Virus record (IMG/VR): IMGVR_UViG_3300024432_001127
Coordinates: 1-63,512 of that record
DNA length: 63,512 nucleotides
Source of the DNA: a virus
Reading direction: 5' to 3' (one strand)
The position numbers and the translations under genes are program-made. Below, piece after piece: positions 25,124 to 34,725 of the stretch (the first letter of the stretch is position 1; each line of letters starts with the position of its first letter). Under the pieces are notes generated by a model. That model was not told the origin of the DNA. It made no database searches and saw only the letters and a program-made list of their open reading frames with translations.

Positions 25124-27525
25124 TTTTCGTAGGTGATAGTGACCATATCGTCTTCGTTACCGCTCCCGCTTTTTTCTGCCCAGGATTTCGCTCGTTTGCA
25201 CCATTCTATCCCTATCAACGGAACGTAAGATCGGAAAGACTCAACACTCTCGCGGACTGCTTCGGCAACTGCGTCAACTAAATCAGGCCGAGTAACACAG
25301 GCGACTTCATCGTGTACGTTGAGGGGTGCTACAAGAAACTCGTAAACGCCCGCCGGCTGCAACTCCCAAATTTTACATTGCAGCGCTTTGGTAATCTCAG
25401 CGCCCGGACTCTGAATCTCATGGTTCGCGGCGGCTCGCATGTTGCTCGCCTGTAAAGCGAAGGACGCTCCGTAAAGTGCTGATTGAGCTGCACCGCCTGC
25501 AGTTTGTACGCGATCTCGACGGCATACTTTGACGCCCTTACCGACCTCTTTCCAGTGGGGCGGTGGCTTCTGAGCCAGCCTAAAGAGCGTTCTGCAAATG
25601 CGGTTCTCAAGAGTGAAGTATCGGCGAAATTTTAACATGGTCTCGGCGTAGTCAGCAGGCTCTTTCCAGATAACCTGCGTACCGAGGCCGCCCGGTTGCG
25701 TCATTGAACAAAATGAATTACTCACCCGCTGCCTCCAGCGGCCTACACCCTTGTACTTCTTGCCAAATGATTCGATTGCGGCAACAGCATCCGCTTCCTT
25801 AACACCGAGCTTATTGATCAGTGTCATGTGATTGCCTCCATACAAGATAGACCCGAAAAATCCTTGCTTGCCTTTGGTATACAAGTCGTTTTCGGTGCCA
25901 TCTGTCGCACGAATCTCGTCGTAAGAGTGTCCAGGGAATAACGCCATTCCGAATAGCGCATGGATTTTCCGACCAGCCTTCAATTCGGCCCGAAGGTCCA
26001 CATCGTTACAAACAGCATCGGCGATCGTGACCTCGAATGCCGAGAAATCGCCAATACTAAGAACGTAGCCTTCCCACGCCAGAGGAAACTTCCCTCTGAC
26101 CTCCTTAGTGTGCTTGATGCCTTGGGCATTCAGACCGTCACCGCCACTCATACGCGATGAGAGAGCACCAATGACATTGAAGGACGCATGGAATTTGCCG
26201 GCCCGAAGCAGTTTGTTGTAGAGTTCAACTTCTTTCCCGGCGATCTTGACCGCCAAAATCTCTTTGGCGCGAACAGCAGCAGGGTGAATTCCGGCATCCA
26301 CAGTTCCGGTACCGAGACAACGCATACAATTCGGGTCAATTTCGATTAAGCAGCACGTACAAGGTTCGGACTCTTCTATCTCCCAAGTGCCAATGGCCTC
26401 GATATTGACTTTCTTCGTGGAGTCTTGAAGGATAATAGACTCCATGTCATCCATTGTAGCTGTTATGTATGCCCGTACTTCACTCGGCTTGTTAGTATTG
26501 ACCGGGGAGTTATCAATAATGGCTCTTGCTTGTTTAAGCAGTTCTCGCAAGCCCGGCTTGTCAATTGTAAACCCATGCCAACGAACCGCCGCGACCATAC
26601 AAGTTAGGATGGAGTCGTTGTCATTCGGCGTCGGATACCCGAAATGCTTATCGAGGTCTCGTAAGTAAACCACGTCATCCGTGGCATATATGCGTGCATC
26701 AGCATTCGACGCCCAGTGACAAATGGTTTCACGAATTACGCCAGGCCAGGCGTGACCTACGGGCTTCAACTTGCCGTCTTTTCCTTTTGCTTCTACGATC
26801 CAATTCTTATCGGGATTGGACATTGCCAGAGCGGTTGGAGCAAATCCCAATTCTTTTGGTCGGACGGCCGGTTCGACATCTTTGAAATGGAATTTGGGTT
26901 TTCGCTTTAATAGATACTCAGCCAGGTACTTCAGACCACCGGCCGGATTGAATTTCAGAACGACATCTTTGAAATGGTCATCTATGTCTCCGTACCGATC
27001 ATGTCGGTCGAAGACTTGCCACTTCGGAGCATTTACGTCATGTGATTTAGCGAAATAGATGTTGTCAAATTGAACTCGTGCTTCAAGTTCGTCCGCAAGT
27101 GCATCGGCCATAACTGTTGGTACGCGATTGATGCGGACGTTATTGCGGCTCATCAACGATTGCATCGGGCCCTTGCGGCTATGAAGCAGCAAATCAAGAG
27201 CGCCGGCCGGCTTTAAGCAGGGCCCGTCTTGCCCTTTGGGCTCAAGCAGGGCAATCTCTTCAATATGCTCCTCGGGGACCCAATTTGGGTCGCAGAGTAG
27301 AAAGATGGTATACAGCTTGCACAAATGAAAGAAATCGAAAACTAGATTGAACGCCACGATGGTGTGTTCGAGCATCCATTCGATCAGTCTAAGTGTCTCG
27401 TGAACCGGGCGCTTCCAAATATCGTAGAGAATGATCGGTCCATCTTCAACAGCATACTGAAGAAGAACCGGTAGCCCAAATAGGCCACACGTCTCTGAAT
27501 CAAGGTATAATTTTGGCGCACTCAT
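25120..27525 (-). CDS. Family A DNA polymerase (PolI-like) with 3'-5' exonuclease domain
   Basis: Exo I YLDSETCGL. Polymerase motif A DFSAFEV, motif B KGKQGFFGSILYGG and motif C HDEV. Confidence 0.85.
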   Translation of the reverse strand: MSAPKLYLDSETCGLFGLPVLLQYAVEDGPIILYDIWKRPVHETLRLIEWMLEHTIVAFNLVFDFFHLCKLYTIFLLCDPNWVPEEHIEEIALLEPKGQDGPCLKPAGALDLLLHSRKGPMQSLMSRNNVRINRVPTVMADALADELEARVQFDNIYFAKSHDVNAPKWQVFDRHDRYGDIDDHFKDVVLKFNPAGGLKYLAEYLLKRKPKFHFKDVEPAVRPKELGFAPTALAMSNPDKNWIVEAKGKDGKLKPVGHAWPGVIRETICHWASNADARIYATDDVVYLRDLDKHFGYPTPNDNDSILTCMVAAVRWHGFTIDKPGLRELLKQARAIIDNSPVNTNKPSEVRAYITATMDDMESIILQDSTKKVNIEAIGTWEIEESEPCTCCLIEIDPNCMRCLGTGTVDAGIHPAAVRAKEILAVKIAGKEVELYNKLLRAGKFHASFNVIGALSSRMSGGDGLNAQGIKHTKEVRGKFPLAWEGYVLSIGDFSAFEVTIADAVCNDVDLRAELKAGRKIHALFGMALFPGHSYDEIRATDGTENDLYTKGKQGFFGSILYGGNHMTLINKLGVKEADAVAAIESFGKKYKGVGRWRQRVSNSFCSMTQPGGLGTQVIWKEPADYAETMLKFRRYFTLENRICRTLFRLAQKPPPHWKEVGKGVKVCRRDRVQTAGGAAQSALYGASFALQASNMRAAANHEIQSPGAEITKALQCKIWELQPAGVYEFLVAPLNVHDEVACVTRPDLVDAVAEAVRESVESFRSYVPLIGIEWCKRAKSWAEKSGSGNEDDMVTITYEK

Positions 27526-27545
27526 CCCATCTCTCTCTCCACCAA

Positions 27546-27573
27546 GGGCCGCCCGCCCGATTGCGGGCGGCCC
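27546..27573. promoter_or_regulatory. Perfect 11-bp GC-rich stem-loop upstream of the DNA polymerase gene
   Basis: GGGCCGCCCGC-ccgatt-GCGGGCGGCCC, with no U-tract on either strand. Confidence 0.5.
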
Positions 27574-27579
27574 GTAGCC

Positions 27580-27891
27580 TCACAATACTTCCACTGTAAT
27601 GCGAAGCCTAACGCCCTCGCGCGTCCCATCAGGCACGCCTTCAACCGGTCGCAGCTTCTTCTCGCGAAGCGCTCGGAGCTTCTCGTACATTATGTCGAAT
27701 TCGGTATCACTTGGAAAACCCAATTCGTCACAAATCTTCGATTCCAATCGCCTCTGTGTGACTGAAACAGTTTCGGGTCCGTCAGTGGCAGCATTCGGAT
27801 CATCAATCAAAACGTGCTTTGAATCTGTCTCACCGATAAAATACGCCAGAGACACGTCGCCTTCAAGAACAAATAATGTGGTTTCGGCCAT
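27580..27891 (-). CDS. Hypothetical protein
   Basis: 103-aa ORF. Confidence 0.4.
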   Translation of the reverse strand: MAETTLFVLEGDVSLAYFIGETDSKHVLIDDPNAATDGPETVSVTQRRLESKICDELGFPSDTEFDIMYEKLRALREKKLRPVEGVPDGTREGVRLRITVEVL

Positions 27892-27907
27892 TTTTACCTC
27901 TCGTTAG

Positions 27908-28246
27908 TTAGAAAACCTCAAATTTCCACTTCTTATCGTCAGTCACGCCTTTGATCGAGGCGTGAGTAACAAGTTTGCTTTCAAAATTCCCATTCTTGAA
28001 GACTAATGACATCTTCAAAAGCTTACCGATCCAGTGATTGATCTGCACTTTCTTGTCATCAGAAAACGAGTGGGTCAGTACCCCGAGAACAGGGCACTTC
28101 AATCGTGGCTCCGTACCTGAAATTTCAACAACGCCTGTCTCCGGTCTTTTGACAATCAACTCGAAGAGATGGTTGTCCTCAGTCTCTACCAGAATAATTG
28201 ATCCGACTGCCTGCTTAGTTACGTCTACACCGATTTCCCTGGTCAT
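27908..28246 (-). CDS. Hypothetical protein
   Basis: 112-aa ORF. Confidence 0.4.
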   Translation of the reverse strand: MTREIGVDVTKQAVGSIILVETEDNHLFELIVKRPETGVVEISGTEPRLKCPVLGVLTHSFSDDKKVQINHWIGKLLKMSLVFKNGNFESKLVTHASIKGVTDDKKWKFEVF

Positions 28247-28277
28247 AGCAATTATTCTCCTTCTATCAGTATGATTG

Positions 28278-29090
28278 TCAAACGGAGCCCCACCCCGACA
28301 CTTTTTTCAGATCACCAACCAATTTCTCAGTTGAAATCGTCCCGGCGCACCATGCAGCAACGCGGGGAGGCAGATCAGAAATCCCCATCTCGAACATCAA
28401 GTCGATCATCTCGGCGATCTCGGCCTTCTTGCGCCGGCTATCGCTCACTCGTCGCCCCCTGTGAAGCTGTCTTCGTACTTTCCGCATTTCGGCAGGGCTT
28501 TTCTGGCGAGCCTCCAGGAGACGCTGTGCGGCCGTCTGAGCGGTCTTTGGGTCGTCTCGGTACGGAAGCACTGCGTCAAGGTCGCTTTGAGCCAGTCGGC
28601 CGGACGCAAACATCATTTGTACCGCGTATGGGAGGTCCAAGAGCCCCAATCGGCGGTACACCCATTGGCGGGGTCTTTTCAACTCTTTGGCAATCTCGCC
28701 GGGCGATTCGGACAACGGAAACAAGTGCCTGATCCCTTTAGCCTCTTCCAGGATATTCAGGTCTTGACGCTCTAAATTCTCAATCAGATTCAGCTTATGA
28801 GCCTCGAACTCAGAGAGATCACATTCCGTTACCATTGCCGGAATCTCACCCATGTGCAGCAGTCGGCACGCCTCGAATCGCCGGAAACCCGCGACAAGCC
28901 GGTAACAATAGCCGGGGTTCTTGTCCCAAGGTTGAATAATCACAGGAAATTGCAAACCAGTGTCACGGATGCTTTTGGCTAAAGCCTCAACTGATTCCGG
29001 AGTAAACCGTCCCCGACAGTTGAAGAACGGGTCAATCCAAACTTGCGACATCGAGATCGCGTATGCGTTGTACTCAGGGAGACTTTTCAC
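28278..29090 (-). CDS. ParB-like N-terminal (ParB/Srx) nuclease-domain protein
   Basis: RLVAGFRRFEACRLL is the ParB GxRR box. Confidence 0.6.
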   Translation of the reverse strand: MKSLPEYNAYAISMSQVWIDPFFNCRGRFTPESVEALAKSIRDTGLQFPVIIQPWDKNPGYCYRLVAGFRRFEACRLLHMGEIPAMVTECDLSEFEAHKLNLIENLERQDLNILEEAKGIRHLFPLSESPGEIAKELKRPRQWVYRRLGLLDLPYAVQMMFASGRLAQSDLDAVLPYRDDPKTAQTAAQRLLEARQKSPAEMRKVRRQLHRGRRVSDSRRKKAEIAEMIDLMFEMGISDLPPRVAAWCAGTISTEKLVGDLKKVSGWGSV

Positions 29091-29317
29091 GATTGCATTC
29101 CAAAGAAGTTAATTTCATGCCCGCATCGAATGCAGTGCTCAACAGTTCCTTTACGACCAGCCAGCGGCGCAAGAGAATCCTCCTCAAACCGGGCTGGTCT
29201 TCCTACGATCCAACCTCCACAGAAGTCGCAAGAATATGATGGGTCATTGGGCTTGCTTTCCAAAACCGGCAACGTCATGTTTCTCGGTGCCGGAACCCAT
29301 ATAGTTTGATACGGCAT
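29087..29317 (-). CDS. Small zinc-ribbon protein
   Basis: CDFCGG...CIRCGH. Confidence 0.35.
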   Translation of the reverse strand: MPYQTIWVPAPRNMTLPVLESKPNDPSYSCDFCGGWIVGRPARFEEDSLAPLAGRKGTVEHCIRCGHEINFFGMQS

Positions 29318-29320
29318 GAC

Positions 29321-30388
29321 TCAGACTTCTATTCCTGTGAAATTCGGTTTAGATAATATGTTATCCCCATCCCAATCATAAACACCAACATCACCATGCG
29401 GGCTGATCAACACAAAGCTACAAATATTTTCAGCCCAGGTACCGGTATTGTAAACCTGTAACGGCAATGTTTGACGATACAATTGACCCGCGCGGTGCGT
29501 GTGTCCTGAAACAAGAACATCGTATTTGTCCAAATACTCGATCAGACGGGAGTTCATAACTTTCGCCCGATTAGGTTTACGAAGAATCCAGCGAACAAAA
29601 CTCAATATCCGCTCTATGCGGCCCAGCGATCTGTTTTCAATCGTCTGGTATTTGTTCACAAGTGGCCCGCCGTTGCGATCCTCTCTGAGACCGGTGTAGA
29701 TGGCTGAAATTCGGCCTAGACCCGGTGTGTCATTGGCGCAGTAGCGATCTACCTCGTGGCCGTGAATGAAGTGAAATTGCTTACCGCCGATAGTTTCAGT
29801 GTGACTTGTCACCATGTTTCTGAAAAATGGGTGTGTTAATTTCAAGTGTCCACGAAAGTTCACTAAATCAGCATCATGGTTACCCAAGATGTAAATAGCC
29901 CCCATCGAAGCGAGTCGATTCAAAAGCCAAGGGCGGGCTGTAAGAACTCGACTCACATTGCTTTGCCACAGTTCAAAGAGATCGCCCGCAATGATAAGGC
30001 GGCCATTCTGTCTCTCAACGTAATTAAGAAAAGACGTGAAATCTTGCATCCGACGCCCTTCGGACATGAAAACAAAATTGTCTCTTACACCTCGATCACC
30101 GAGATGCAGATCGGATACAACAAAAATCGGCTGGGAAATCTTTTGCTTAGATCGCACCGGCTGCGGTTGAACCTGATGGACAGGTTCAGTAAACTGATCG
30201 TCGAGCGACTCAAAAGACTCAACAGACTCAACAGACTCGATAGGTGGGGCAATTGAAATTTCTGGCATGGTAGGTGTGACCTCTGGGTAAAACCATTCGT
30301 TAGCACAACACTGAAGCCGATACAAAACATCATTAGGATCAGTATCTTCTACAACGTTTTTGAACAAAATATTAACTTGGATGTCCAT
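29321..30388 (-). CDS. Calcineurin-like metallophosphoesterase
   Basis: VSDLHLGD, GDLFE, GNHD and GHTH motifs. The N-terminal region carries the tandem ESVESVESFES repeat. Confidence 0.7.
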   Translation of the reverse strand: MDIQVNILFKNVVEDTDPNDVLYRLQCCANEWFYPEVTPTMPEISIAPPIESVESVESFESLDDQFTEPVHQVQPQPVRSKQKISQPIFVVSDLHLGDRGVRDNFVFMSEGRRMQDFTSFLNYVERQNGRLIIAGDLFELWQSNVSRVLTARPWLLNRLASMGAIYILGNHDADLVNFRGHLKLTHPFFRNMVTSHTETIGGKQFHFIHGHEVDRYCANDTPGLGRISAIYTGLREDRNGGPLVNKYQTIENRSLGRIERILSFVRWILRKPNRAKVMNSRLIEYLDKYDVLVSGHTHRAGQLYRQTLPLQVYNTGTWAENICSFVLISPHGDVGVYDWDGDNILSKPNFTGIEV

Positions 30389-31072
30389 CTATTGGCCCAA
30401 ATCACCAAACACAACCGGCAAGCGAGCTTGCATAGCAGACAGAATAGCAGAGAAAATGCCGCGAATCTCCCACTGTGCGTGCTTGTTCAGAGCCCTCTCG
30501 GTGAAAACATGTCGCCACTGTCTCAAGTTAAAGGTAACGGCCAGTTCAGTTTTTGTGGCATTTGGAAGCACGAATCGAGCGTCCTCGGGCCGGATGCCAT
30601 CATCAAGCTCGCATTTGTACTCGTAGTACGCGCCATCTATTTGCTCAACCCACCGGCATTGGCGAAAACTTAAAGTAATCGCCTCGTAGTTTTGGGCGCC
30701 CATTAAATAATCACCGGGCGGAAGTCCAATGCTGGGCGGACAAATAACCTGCAGACTGTCACGCTTACCGTAATTGCAATAGCGCATCGACTCCTGGCTG
30801 TATGTTGCAATTCTGTGCCGAACCAGTTGATGACTCATTGCCCGACTACCTATAACAATAGCCGTAACTGAGGCATGTTCCAGTACGCTCAAATGACGAT
30901 TCTTCCGAATTTTCTTAACAAACGTATCAGCCGAGCCGGGAGTGATCTTCTCCTCAGATTTGTAGCAAATTCTGCCGCAGCGCTCAACATGCTCCAAAAG
31001 AAACGGGAACATCGACAATGTGGTTTCGGGCCAATAGAAACGCGGTTCAACTATTGTAATCATGGATACCAA
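30389..31072 (-). CDS. thyX: Flavin-dependent thymidylate synthase ThyX
   Basis: ThyX signature RHRIATYSQES (RHRxxxxxQxS). Confidence 0.8.
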   Translation of the reverse strand: MVSMITIVEPRFYWPETTLSMFPFLLEHVERCGRICYKSEEKITPGSADTFVKKIRKNRHLSVLEHASVTAIVIGSRAMSHQLVRHRIATYSQESMRYCNYGKRDSLQVICPPSIGLPPGDYLMGAQNYEAITLSFRQCRWVEQIDGAYYEYKCELDDGIRPEDARFVLPNATKTELAVTFNLRQWRHVFTERALNKHAQWEIRGIFSAILSAMQARLPVVFGDLGQ

Positions 31073-31614
31073 ATTTCTCCGTTGAAAAGGTTCTGGGCTT
31101 CGCCGATTTTGCCGTCGTACAGCATGTGACTAACTCCGCCACTTTCAAGAATCTCGATGCCAAGGTCCATCTCTTCTCGCCACCGTTCTGGCGTTCTGTC
31201 AAATGCCTGCAAATGTCCAACTACCAACTTGATGCCGGAGAGAACAATAGCACGAGCACAATCTGGGCAACAGGTCCACGAATAGACCATTGTTCGACCG
31301 TTCAACGAAATGCCTAACAAAGCCGCTTTGTAAATGGCCGCCCGCTCCGCGTGCTCAGTGATCTTATACTTGCGAGGTCGTTCATGGTTTTTCGGATCAT
31401 CAGCCATAGCCGGATCGATAAACGCATTGGCACCACTGACAAGAATCTCGCCATCATCATTGATCACCACCGCGCCAATCTTGGTGCTGGTATCGGTACT
31501 CTCTTTGAAAGCCACCTCGTAAGCGGCGAGTATCAAGTCTCGAAAAACCGGATTCCTTGTTTCAGTCACCGCAACTCCCTCCCCGCAGTTCACAAACATC
31601 GACTGATTCCTCAA
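31060..31614 (-). CDS. dCMP (deoxycytidylate) deaminase
   Basis: HAERAAI ... CCPDCA zinc-binding motifs of the CDA family. Confidence 0.75.
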   Translation of the reverse strand: MRNQSMFVNCGEGVAVTETRNPVFRDLILAAYEVAFKESTDTSTKIGAVVINDDGEILVSGANAFIDPAMADDPKNHERPRKYKITEHAERAAIYKAALLGISLNGRTMVYSWTCCPDCARAIVLSGIKLVVGHLQAFDRTPERWREEMDLGIEILESGGVSHMLYDGKIGEAQNLFNGEIWYP

Positions 31615-33217
31615 TCAATTCCGCACCCTCGTGAGCAACCGCTTCTTCATAAGGAACTGGTGTCAGTGGTTGCCCGGAGCGGCTACCATCCGGATAGCAT
31701 GTGATACCTCGAAGCTGAGGTAGGTATCGCATAAGCATGGAACCAAATGGTCGTATCGTGCGTTGATTATTCAACTCACTACCGTAGGCGGGTAGATTGA
31801 TCGTACTGCTGATGCAGTGATCAACATAACCTTGCACCCAAACCTGGAAAGCCACTCGCTTCTCGACATCTTGTGCAAGCGTATAAGCGTCGTCAATCTT
31901 ACTCGGATCAACTCCGCTCTCGATCAAACGTCTGGCACACGGATCGACAACATACTGATAGAAGTATCGTTCGCCTTTCAGGTATCGTCTCTTGTAGGCA
32001 ACACAAAAAATTGGTTCAATGGCGCTGGTAGTTTCAGCTATAATCGACGTAGTTCCGTTAGGCGCAATTGCCCGAGTCTTTTTCGGACGACTCAGCTTCC
32101 ACTCATCAGCCCACTTGTTAGCTGACCGACCGGATTTCGCATACGCCGCCAACCATTCTCCCAACTCTTCATCCGGAGCATAAGGCCGCCCACGTTTAAG
32201 AAGCCATTCTGTGACTCCCATCAAGCCAAGACCGAGCCGACGATTCTTACTGCGAACCTTGTCTACATCACTATAAGGAACATCTGAGTAAACTGAACCC
32301 GCCGTCAGAAACGCCATCGCAAGATCAATGAGAATTTTGAATTCATCGAGACTCTCGACTCGCGCTAAGTTAATTGAGCCCAAGTTGCAAATATCATCTG
32401 TGTCTCGACTAGACAATTCTCCGCAGGCGTTTCTTAACGTTTCATTGGTATTCTTTCCAATGTCAACACTAAAGCCCGGCTCACCAGTCCGAAGCATCTG
32501 TTCAATGACTGCCCAATAGACGCTGTGTGCCAACGCATGATGCTCATGTTCATCATCCCCATAGGCTTCAAAGAACAGATCATCCAATTGCACACTGATG
32601 TTAGTGAAATCCAAAGTTGCAGGGAAACTGAAGTCTTTAGCTTTCAAACTGCAAATTTCTTCGGACCAATTCTTTATCCGAATGAATCGGTGAACATCCG
32701 GATGATTCCACTTCAAACCGGCCCATATAGCGCTACGTCGTGTACTACCCTGCATAATCCCTCGGCCACATTCATTCAGTATTTGCATAAGGGAAAGTGG
32801 TCCAGATGCTAAGCCACCTGTCTTGCGAATCGGTGAACCTTCACATCGAATATCGGAGTAGTCAACTCCAATCCCTGCGCCCGACATCAGAGCCATGCTG
32901 GCTTTCATCAGCAACTCCGACCAGCCTTCTCGACTATCGTGAACCTTAAGCATAAGGCAGTTTTGCACCTGGTGATACTGACGCCCGGACGCATAGAGGT
33001 AACGCCCCGCCGGAATAAACTTTCGCTCAGTAATAACACGCCGAATATCCTGGGCAAATTTCTGCCGCATATCAATACCAACAGCCCGCATAACATTCTT
33101 TGTCACACGATCGGCAATCTCAGGCCATGTCTCTTTTCGATCTTCAACATCATGGGCATAAGTTCGATCCATGATATTCTGCGCAAAGACCGACATTGAT
33201 TCCGTTGCATTTTCCAC
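31562..33217 (-). CDS. Ribonucleotide reductase large (catalytic) subunit, probably class II
   Basis: Conserved NLGSINL active-site loop and C-terminal CELRGGSCG. No adjacent small subunit gene was seen. Confidence 0.7.
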   Translation of the reverse strand: MENATESMSVFAQNIMDRTYAHDVEDRKETWPEIADRVTKNVMRAVGIDMRQKFAQDIRRVITERKFIPAGRYLYASGRQYHQVQNCLMLKVHDSREGWSELLMKASMALMSGAGIGVDYSDIRCEGSPIRKTGGLASGPLSLMQILNECGRGIMQGSTRRSAIWAGLKWNHPDVHRFIRIKNWSEEICSLKAKDFSFPATLDFTNISVQLDDLFFEAYGDDEHEHHALAHSVYWAVIEQMLRTGEPGFSVDIGKNTNETLRNACGELSSRDTDDICNLGSINLARVESLDEFKILIDLAMAFLTAGSVYSDVPYSDVDKVRSKNRRLGLGLMGVTEWLLKRGRPYAPDEELGEWLAAYAKSGRSANKWADEWKLSRPKKTRAIAPNGTTSIIAETTSAIEPIFCVAYKRRYLKGERYFYQYVVDPCARRLIESGVDPSKIDDAYTLAQDVEKRVAFQVWVQGYVDHCISSTINLPAYGSELNNQRTIRPFGSMLMRYLPQLRGITCYPDGSRSGQPLTPVPYEEAVAHEGAELIEESVDVCELRGGSCGD

Positions 33218-33228
33218 ACAAATATCCT

Positions 33229-33588
33229 CTACAGTAAGTTGTTATCAATTTCCTCTTCAGTCCAAACAAACTCAGTACCATCCGAAATACGAAGCCCGAG
33301 ATGATGCACAGGTCCCGAGCACCAAGGTGATGCTTGATGGAACACATCCGCTGTACGGCCATCTTTCAGAATGTGGCGATGTAAAAGAAATTCCTCGTCA
33401 AACATCCCGAAGTAGCTGCCAATTTTCTCCGACTTGCGAGGAAATGGCCGCTGGCAACATTCGCAAATTTTCATCGGTACTTCATGCTCTTCAAGAAAAG
33501 CATCAGCAGCCGGTGGAAGCCCCATAAATTGATCGCATCGAATTCCCATGATCGCTCCCTTAGTAAATGATGGTCCGTTTGCGGTTTT
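33229..33588 (-). CDS. Hypothetical protein
   Basis: Minus-strand ORF. The start is at MKTANGP. Confidence 0.35.
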   Translation of the reverse strand, partial: KTANGPSFTKGAIMGIRCDQFMGLPPAADAFLEEHEVPMKICECCQRPFPRKSEKIGSYFGMFDEEFLLHRHILKDGRTADVFHQASPWCSGPVHHLGLRISDGTEFVWTEEEIDNNLL

Positions 33589-33718
33589 CATTGATCCTTT
33601 GTAACGTCTCCAGCAAATTGAATGGCGGTGCCTCAAGTTCAGCCATGTCACCGTACACCTTAGCAATTTGAGAGCAAATGTACCAAAGGCAATTTAATCT
33701 TCGCCATTCTTGTCTCCA

Positions 33719-33791
33719 AGCCGACGGTAGGAATCGAACCCACAACAAGCGCATTACAGATGCGCGGCTCTACCAATTGAGCTACACCGGC
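33719..33791 (-). tRNA. tRNA with a non-canonical anticodon loop (UGU/Thr if a 7-nt loop is assumed; C at position 33)
   Basis: Folds as GCCGGTG-TA-GCTC-AATTGGTA-GAGC-C-GCGCA-TCTGTAA-TGCGC-TTGTT-GTGGG-TTCGATT-CCTAC-CGTCGGC-T. Confidence 0.6.
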
Positions 33792-33794
33792 AAG

Positions 33795-33868
33795 TGGGCA
33801 ATGCGGGACTCGAACCTGCGACATCTGCCTTGTAAGGGCAGCGCTCTAACCAACTGAGCTAATTGCCC
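33795..33868 (-). tRNA. tRNA-Val (anticodon TAC)
   Basis: Folds as GGGCAAT-TA-GCTC-AGTTGGTTA-GAGC-G-CTGCC-CTTACAA-GGCAG-ATGTC-GCAGG-TTCGAGT-CCCGC-ATTGCCC-A, with a perfect acceptor stem. Confidence 0.8.
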
Positions 33869-33872
33869 TAAG

Positions 33873-33948
33873 TAGCGGGCATGGGATTTGAACCCACGAC
33901 CTCCTGGTTATGAGCCAGGCGAGCTAAACCAGACTGCTCTAACCCGCA
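33873..33948 (-). tRNA. tRNA-Met (anticodon CAT) with an apparent 1:72 mismatch (initiator-like or Ile2-type cannot be excluded)
   Basis: Folds as TGCGGGT-TA-GAGC-AGTCTGGTTTA-GCTC-G-CCTGG-CTCATAA-CCAGG-AGGTC-GTGGG-TTCAAAT-CCCAT-GCCCGCT-A. Confidence 0.7.
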
Positions 33949-34298
33949 TCAAACTTCAAATACGAAGTAACTCTCGATTTCTCAAGCCATCGGGGCACCT
34001 TTCGGAACACACCAGCCAAAGGATCATAGTATTTGTTCTTGTACCAAACAACCCAATGCGATCCGCCACTTGGATGTGTAAACTTCAATATTGCCGAACC
34101 CTCTCCCGGAAATCCACGTGTCAACTTGTCACCGCATGTGACTCCCGTCTGCCGCAATGCTGCGACCACATGCTTTGTGCGAGTCTGCCCTCTGCGACAA
34201 AAAATCATCAACGACTTTTCAAGCGTAAATCCGCAGATTGTTGCAACACATGCCTGACCACATTGGCTACTTCCAACTGGCTGTTTCACAAGTTTCAT
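33939..34298 (-). CDS. Peptidase C39-like (papain-fold) domain protein
   Basis: SQCGQACVATICG (Gln/Cys) and GGSHWVVWYKNKYYDP (His...Asp) catalytic layout. Confidence 0.5.
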   Translation of the reverse strand: MKLVKQPVGSSQCGQACVATICGFTLEKSLMIFCRRGQTRTKHVVAALRQTGVTCGDKLTRGFPGEGSAILKFTHPSGGSHWVVWYKNKYYDPLAGVFRKVPRWLEKSRVTSYLKFDAG

Positions 34299-34467
34299 CG
34301 AACTTCGATCTCTCTGACCCGTATCATAAAACCTATAGCCCCGCCGATGCTCAACGCTACCACTTCACAACAGTATCGCTACTGTAATCGTGGTTTAACA
34401 TTAGAACTATAAGGACTCAAAAATTTGTTTCAGTTTCTCCTGGAAAGCATAATAATGATCTACGCTA

Positions 34468-34710
34468 TCATTGTCCTTCCATTGCCTGTGCATCACCCAC
34501 GACTTCAAATTCCACAACACGGCCGGCGTCAAACGTGTCGTCTAACGCCTCCACTAAATAGTCGCTGTATTTAGGTTCTTGTAGTGCGTCGGGATCAACA
34601 CCTATTCCATCATCACCAAAATCACAAACAATCAACAGCACATTTCTCCGCTGAGTATTAAGTGTTTCAATAATGCTCACTTCAGATTTAGTCAAACTGT
34701 AGAGTTTCAT
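34468..34710 (-). CDS. Hypothetical acidic protein
   Basis: 80-aa ORF. Confidence 0.35.
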   Translation of the reverse strand: MKLYSLTKSEVSIIETLNTQRRNVLLIVCDFGDDGIGVDPDALQEPKYSDYLVEALDDTFDAGRVVEFEVVGDAQAMEGQ

Positions 34711-34725
34711 AGCATACCCCTAAGA

